A stretch of 64,000 nt of DNA from Trichoplax adhaerens. Taxonomy: Eukaryota; Animalia; Placozoa. This document shows positions 56,997 to 64,000 of the stretch, in pieces; position 1 is the stretch's first letter; every line of letters begins with the position of its first letter. The stretch lies in the NCBI RefSeq assembly GCF_000150275.1, contig NW_002060943.1, positions 11,408,878-11,472,877 on the forward strand, given 5' to 3'. Both the position numbers and the translations under genes were made by a program. Below the pieces are notes generated by a model. It was not told the DNA's origin and searched no databases. It worked only from the letters and a program-made list of their open reading frames with translations.

Positions 56997-57423
56997 TAAA
57001 TAGAGGGTAACAAAATTTTAAGGGGTTGTCAAACCCTAGAGGTTCGAGTACAGTGTACAGTGTACAGTACTGCACAGTGCGTACTGTAGCTAATGTACTG
57101 TACTGTCATACTGTAATCGTCGTCAAAGTGGAGTTGACGAGTACAGTAGTAGTACAGCCAGCTAACATACTAATTTGATCGCCAAACTGAGAAGGATCCA
57201 TTACGACTGTCATTGAAAGAGGATCCATGTCAGTTAGTCTTCCAATTGTCACTAAGTACTGCAAAGCAGACATTGAATAGAGGGTAACAAAATTCTGAAG
57301 GGTTGTCAAACCCTAGTGGTTCGAGTACAGTGTACAGTACAGTACTGCACAGTACGTACTGTAGCTAGTGTACTGTACTGTCATACTGTAGTCGTCGTCA
57401 AAGTGGAGTTGACGCGTACAGTA
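56878..57423. repeat. 277-bp-period tandem duplication covering the Smaug start codon region
   Basis: Copy A spans 56878-57148 and copy B 57155-57423; manual alignment shows about 15 substitutions and one 2-bp indel. Confidence 0.95.
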
Positions 57424-58849
57424 TGTGTCACATACAGTACAACACAGACAGCTGCAGACTCTGAGTGTGGAACTGTCGAAAATTACTGTACTGAGGAGAT
57501 AATCTACTCATTTAGAACGTCAGACCATTCTATAAGGACAAACCTACTGTATGGGTACGTTTGCCTCCAATATTGAAAAAGCAAATAAAGGAATTATTGA
57601 AAGCTCGGCATGAAAATATTATACTACTTGCCTTGACGGTTGAAGAACTGTGAACTAATCAAGGAGGAATATTTCGGTTTTAACTCTTGAAAAAGGATAA
57701 AAGAGTAAAGTTGCTATACACGCCTATGCCCTATCAACGACAGGTGATTTACGACCGTGAAATACAGTAGTTTCCAGTCCATGCTATGCTATGATACTGT
57801 GTTGAAGTGACGTAATATCAGGCACCAATCGTTGGGTCAACGTTGATTGTATATTTACGAAACTACAGTATCTCTTTCTTGGTCAGTCGATCAAATCTCT
57901 ACTAGGCTAGTACCATGCTAAACAAACTTGCCAATTTATTTACGTAGTACAACATAAATCATTTTCTACGCTTGATCAAGACAAATATCTTTGCAGGAAT
58001 GGAACTGATTTTAATAATGGACAGTACAGTGTACTCCATTGAAAGTATGACCCCAATACTGTATGGCAAAAGTAGGCAGTGCCAGCAACTGGCTTAACAC
58101 AGATACTGATTACTGATTGCTGTAGTTCATTGATATTTCAATAAATGGAACTATTGAGGGTAAAAGACTATACATGATAACTTCCAAGCACTCCTAAATT
58201 GATCCACTTTAATCCTATCCGGTCGCAATAGAATCTTTCAAACGGATGATCTATGCTCACTGTAGGATTAGGATTACAAGATTTGTAGTACCTGCGTTCC
58301 AAAACTAATGATAACTGCATATTGGAATTATGATTGGAACAGTTAACCTACAGGGTTTACCAAAATTTACCTGATAGCTGACGTCTGAAAGTTAACCTGC
58401 AAGAAAGGAAAATATGTTCTAGTCCACAAGTAGCGACCAGCTAGCAGATCAATGCTATGGCACCGTAATATTGTATTGGGTGGTGACCGGCGCTGGGCGT
58501 TCAATATCCAATTGCTTGTCCAGTAGAGTGCATCTACAGTATTGTTAATGAAAGTTAATTTATCCAATTCGTATTTAACGGCAACTCTTTGAGGAGATAC
58601 TGGTAACTTTTGCTTTGGTGTCCGTACAGTTTGTAGGTTGCGGCGTTGATTAGTCGACAGAATTACTTCTATACCGGCACTTTCTACCCCTTGTGTTTTA
58701 GAATTGAAGCTGTCGGCTTCCTCGATTTCGCTGAGATGATTTCATCTCGGTATAGTATCGCAATTTTGTACGCTAAAAGGCAGCAGGGTCAACACTCCAC
58801 ACTCAATATCAGGTCAATATTATTCTGATTCGAGGGTAGTACCAGGTAC

Positions 58850-58970
58850 AATATGTCCAGTACAGTGTACAGTATTGTAACCGGGTACAGTTCATAGTAC
58901 TGTACATTACAGTACACTTTACTGTAGTAGTCTTCTGTAGTTGTACAGTACAGTATACAGTATGACACAG
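58850..58970. repeat. TACAG/CTGTA cluster upstream of the putative Smaug first exon
   Basis: CAGTACAGTGTACAGTA, GTACTGTAC, TGTACAGTACAGTATACAGTA. Confidence 0.8.
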
Positions 58971-60974
58971 TCCAATGGAAGCTTTTGTCATGGACTTCCA
59001 AAGAGAAAAGAAATCAATTTCACCAAATTTTACACAAAAACGATACTTTTATTCTCTGATGGGAATGACAGTTATGACTTGGAAGAATTTCCTTTTACAA
59101 GTCCTGCTCTATTTTTATGTGTGAGATGCAGAGAACTACTGTACTGTGCTTAGTCATGGACTACTAGTATTTTTTTCCAGTAGTTCATGGCTTGGTGTAC
59201 TACTACTGGATGTATGAAAGTGAAATACCAACACTGACCCTTGTCTTTCAACAAAACTAATGCAATACCAGTATGCGAGTTGGTATTTGGAACATATCGC
59301 CCTTTACCATTAGTCTGTTACTCAGTTTTGTTACACTTTATTGTTGAATCTCCTAATCCGGAATGAGGTAAAGTGTTCAATACAAATTTAGCTTTATGGT
59401 ATACGTAATGACGAAATAAACTCATTCCATCGATTAATGCACTCCACGATAAATAGAAAAAAGGCAAATTCCCGGTGGGCGTCGGGTATGGGGCCCTGTG
59501 GATGAGACTGATTATAAACTATACGTCTACAATACGATAATTAGAATGATAGAATTGCGCTGAATGGTAACAGTACGTTTTAGATACGTTTGATGCGATT
59601 TGATAAAGTAAATGGATTATAAGTATGAGCAGTTGGAAGTCAACACTGAAATATTTGATTACTGATAAGTATTCTTATTTACCGGTAATAAATTGAATAC
59701 ATTAGCCGAAGTATCTCATTAAACTACGGTTACGTGTCCAGATGTACGCTTATAAAATATCCTAACTAATATACCACATAACATTCTTGAATTTCTATAA
59801 TATAAATTGTAATTCAATTGTAATTTTTAACGGATATGCCTTTGTTTAAAGTATGCTATTTTTAACAGATTAATATAATCGATCAATTTAAATGAAGAAA
59901 ATATCATTTCATCCAATAAACAGTACTCATGTATAAAATATCTCAAATTACATTTATCGGCATTATAATCGATTTGCAATCATCACTATACATTATACAA
60001 GTATGTTTACAACTAGTAATGATAGGGTCGCCAGGCATAGTAATTAATAGTTTATTTTTCAAGATGCGACATAAAGTACAATACAGCGTTATACGTAATT
60101 ATTTTGGGTATTTATTTCATATACAGTGATACCTCCTCAAAGTATCTACAGTAATTAGTATTGAGGGTAATCATCAAAAATTGGCAATGACGTAATCAAA
60201 GATTCATCATGAAACAGTTGAAGAATGGTACACCATTCCTCAACTCAAGCTACAACAGCATAAACATTATTATTATTGTTAATGATATAATTACCAGTCG
60301 TAATAAATGATACGAGGAACTGTAAAGCTTACTGAAAACCTAATTATTAGTAATCAGAGACTATGAGAAATTGTCTTCTCATTACCGCATACATTTTTAC
60401 AATTCACAAATTGAAAAGTTGCGCCTTTCAAAGCTAGATAATCATAGCTATATCTATCTCCTTTTAATGTTATACACGTATAGTATAATAAATCATATAG
60501 AGGTATTATACCGCCTTATTATAGTGATTTTATCATCAGCTACAATAGTATCACTTTGGCAGACTTTGTGATGTCACGATGCAACAGTCGTATTAGCACA
60601 ATACTGTATTTACATATTTCAGACAAACAAAAATCACACACTAAGAAATTTCTAATAAATAATAAATCTATCAATAATAGCAAACATAGCAGGTGGCTAA
60701 AGATTTGTCAAAACTGCGAAACTGGGATGATACTAGCGAGAAAGAAAGCATCAAATTGATCATTTGAGTCTTTAATATTACTAATTAACGGTAGCTATTT
60801 TATCAGCTGACAGCTTTAAATGGAAAGAATAACTTGCTACAACAGCCGGCAACACTGAATTTGCTCCTGCTTTGAGTTATAACTTTCAACGTTAACTTAT
60901 GCTTTATAAGTTCAGTAATAAAATTGAAATATAATATCACCTATTCAACGAAAACAATTCCTTATCGTGAAATG

Positions 60975-63900
60975 TTATAATGCAGCAAAATGCTCTTTTA
61001 ACTGTGACAGCAAATTTCGAGATTCAATATGATCCGTGAAGGAAGTAAGCGCCTTATTAACCGATACATAGCTGCTATGCAAATCGCCAGACTACAAACA
61101 TTCAATTAAATAAGAACAATATGTTGATTAGCAATAAAATAAATATGCTTCACGATACTTCTTACATTGCATAAAAATGCTTTTTTAAATTTACTGTATG
61201 AATAAATACTTTAAATTACATACCTTTTCAGCAAGTACACTAAAATTGTAATGTGGCTCGTACATATGTGATCCCAAAGAGGCAGCACTCTGAAAAAATG
61301 CTCTTGCCTATAATTATTTAAGATATTATATAGGTTTTACCGGTATATAAAAACCATTCACTGCTATTATAACTTTAATTATTTAAGTAAAAAACCATGC
61401 ATATCAAATTCTACTAAGTCTACGGTATCTACTGTAATCATAATCGATAATTACTCGACCTGCTCATTATTTGCTTTTCTTAATTCTAAAACTCCAAGAT
61501 TGTTATATGATTCAGCATGATTGTTATTCGATGTTAATGACAACTTAAAGCACTGATATGCTACAGTCATATCACCTATTCCCTGTATTAAAAATAGAAA
61601 GAAGATATTGTATTATAATTGCTAATTTTTTGTTTTAAATAAATGTATCACTAGATACTAATTAATAACTAACACATTAATACGTGCTTTTTTCGCTATA
61701 ACTGATATGCTAAATCTATTGATGCCGACGGATTCATTCTAGTAGCTAAGTAATAGCATCTCAGCCACAATAGTATTGCATTCAATTATACTACTTTGCA
61801 AAGTTTACTTTCATATCACGTAAAAGTAAATTTTCGCAATACTAGGATTTTAAAAGTAGTTTAAATTTTAGCAATACAAAAACGATATCATTAGTGATAA
61901 CTTATAGCCCAAATTATAGTTACATTCTGTATAGACGTTTACAAACTATATTTGGATCGCATTTTTAAAAGGCGAAAATACAGCCGTCTAAGAATCATGA
62001 TATTTGTATATGATTCGTAAAATGTAATTTTATTAATACTACACATATGATAAGATATCGATCTTATCTTTAGTTTTGTGGTTGAATTTTCGTACCAAGG
62101 CTACATGGCCAAGATTATACCAAACATCATCCATTTCTTCATCCGATGCTAATTGTAGTGCTCGCTCAAAACAATTTAATGTCATATCATATTGTTGAGC
62201 ATAAAAGCAGCACAAGCCAAGATTATTGAAGAGTTGTGTATTATAAACTCCCATTTGTAATAACCGTCTGAATGAAAAGACAGAAAAATGATTATGAACA
62301 ATTTTGCATAATGGGTATAAAAGTAGCTTTCAGTAGTACTAAGATTCTTAATTAGTATACTGATATGTTTATAATTTTATGCTGTTTCAAAATGAAATAT
62401 ACCGAGAGAGGTAGATCAACACGCATATAAACATCAAATCTTTATGTCTGTCTCACGCAAGTTTAAGTAAAGCAAAGAGACTGTAGATACAAGACAATTT
62501 GAATTATATTACAATAAGCTACTGCTAACGCCTTATAAACTACCCATCTATCCGTAACACTAATCATAATCTTAACACATTACGGCATCATTGATATTGC
62601 TGCTTTACAAGAGTGGAGTAAATAACAAATTGCGCTATTGCGGTCTTTAGTGTTATCGAGCTATCTATAGCCATAATTTTAAAACGATATAAATAAATTA
62701 AGAATAAAGGGCCATGATGGCTATACCTGAAAAATCTTAACGCAATTTCTGGTTGATCTGAGTAAAAATGATTGGTAGCTATACAAGCAATAGCTTCGAC
62801 ATGGGTATTGTCATGATGCAAGACTGATTTGTAATATTTAACAGCACTCGTCAAATCATTAATTCCCTAAATTGAAAAATAAATTGATTCTATGTAAGTA
62901 AAATCAATCTTTAAAGCTCATGACAAACTTGTGCTCATTTTACCTCATAAATTCGAGCAATTCCCGTCAATAATGTGCTTTCTCCTGGAAAAACTTCGAT
63001 TCCCTATTCATTAAGGAAAATATATTAAATTTTACGATCCCCGTACGTAAAACATGTAATAAAATCTTGCTAGGCAACATTTTACTGACCTTATTAAATA
63101 CTTCTAGAGCCTTTTGCGGTTGATCAAGACGAACATAGACCTTGGCCAAGTATAAAAATGTATCTACCATATCAATCATATTTAAAGCCGACTTAAATTG
63201 CTTTTCTGCTTCACGTAACAATCCTAGCCTATTGCAAATAATAAAAAAATTTCATTAAGATAGATCTCACATTATTTAGCGTTAACGCATTAATAGCATC
63301 TTTGATTTCTGATTAATTGACATGAAAGTATATTAGATATGAAAGATACCTGTAATAACACTTTCCTAATTGGACTTTCCACCACCAATCCTTAAACTGG
63401 CATGCCTCAGTGGTTAAAGCTGCTAACTCCAAAGCCTATTACAAATGAGACAAAATTTAAGTTCTTTTCCTTTATTATCGTCCGCTAAATACAGCATAAA
63501 TCAATATGAAAACTTACGCTACGTATATCGTTCTCATGATGAAATAGATATTCGAAAAGAACCTATAACATAAATATTTAGATACACCATGAGATATAGT
63601 TATCGTTATGTATGAAGCATTTCTGAATTATATCTTTATCAGATTGCTTTACTTTGCTAAGATTTGGTCTGCTTGCATATTTTGATAAATTCAAACGAGC
63701 TACATTGATAAAAGGCCCATCCGGTTGTGATAACATTGATGCCTATGTGTGACCATAGAATAAAATCGTAGATCGTCAAATCATTTCATATGTCGCCATA
63801 GGTTCTAAAATAAGCTAATAAACGTTTACATCTAGTAATGATATTTTCGTACCGTTCCAAGCCTTACATAGCGACCAGAAGCACTAGTAACTGGTCTAAA

Positions 63901-64000
63901 GTATTAGTCATGTATAGGAACTGTATTAGTCGATCAAACGATACAGCTAATAAAAAATATCAGTAATAAATTATAAACAAATCTATAAGAGAGACCTTGC
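60975..64000 (-). CDS. TTC8: Tetratricopeptide repeat protein 8 (BBSome subunit BBS8), 3' part; 5' end lies beyond the window
   Basis: RPVTSASGRYVRLGTASM..GPFINVARLNL; LFEYLFHHEND; DWWWKVQLGKCYYRLG; KVYVRLDQP; EAIACIATNHFYSDQPEIALRFFR; LFNNLGLCCFYAQQYDM; DVWYNLGHVA; HAESYNNLGVLE; HMYEPHYN; ends QLKEHFAAL-TAA at 60975. Confidence 0.97.

Noticed and set aside
57022-57050. GGGTTGTCAAACCC hairpin followed by GGTTCGAGT, resembling a tRNA anticodon arm and B box (both duplicate copies)
   Set aside because: The loop size is wrong, and there is no T-stem closure, D arm or acceptor stem.
58429-58444. CTGG-loop hairpin as a possible Smaug recognition element in Smaug's own leader
   Set aside because: Only a 3-bp stem closes the CNGG loop, which is expected by chance.

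Overview
AT-rich, intron-dense eukaryotic DNA with a compact animal-type gene set. Composition and gene content suggest an early-branching metazoan such as a placozoan, but that is inference only. Nine spliced genes were reconstructed by hand: glucosidase II alpha (GANAB/GANC family, -, runs off the left edge), classical calpain (+), SF3B2 (-), a VRK kinase (+), glutaminyl cyclase (-), GTP cyclohydrolase I (+), TRMT112 (-), Smaug/SAMD4 (-) and TTC8/BBS8 (-, runs off the right edge). Most six-frame ORFs are exon fragments or noise. I recognised no rRNA, tRNA or CRISPR. Main observations: (1) a 329-bp TA-flanked Tc1/pogo-type MITE, plus dense nested TA-CAG-TA/TA-CTG-TA clusters at gene 5' ends that match the excision footprint such elements leave, possibly a record of repeated transposition into promoters; (2) a U12-type intron and a candidate alternative EF-hand-5 terminal exon in calpain; (3) a 277-bp tandem duplication of the Smaug start region that creates a Smaug-like upstream ORF; (4) an apparent 1-nt frameshift in VRK coding exon 1; (5) gene neighbourhoods echoing human GANC-CAPN3, SAMD4A-GCH1 and the 2p/11q13/14q/19q paralogon.
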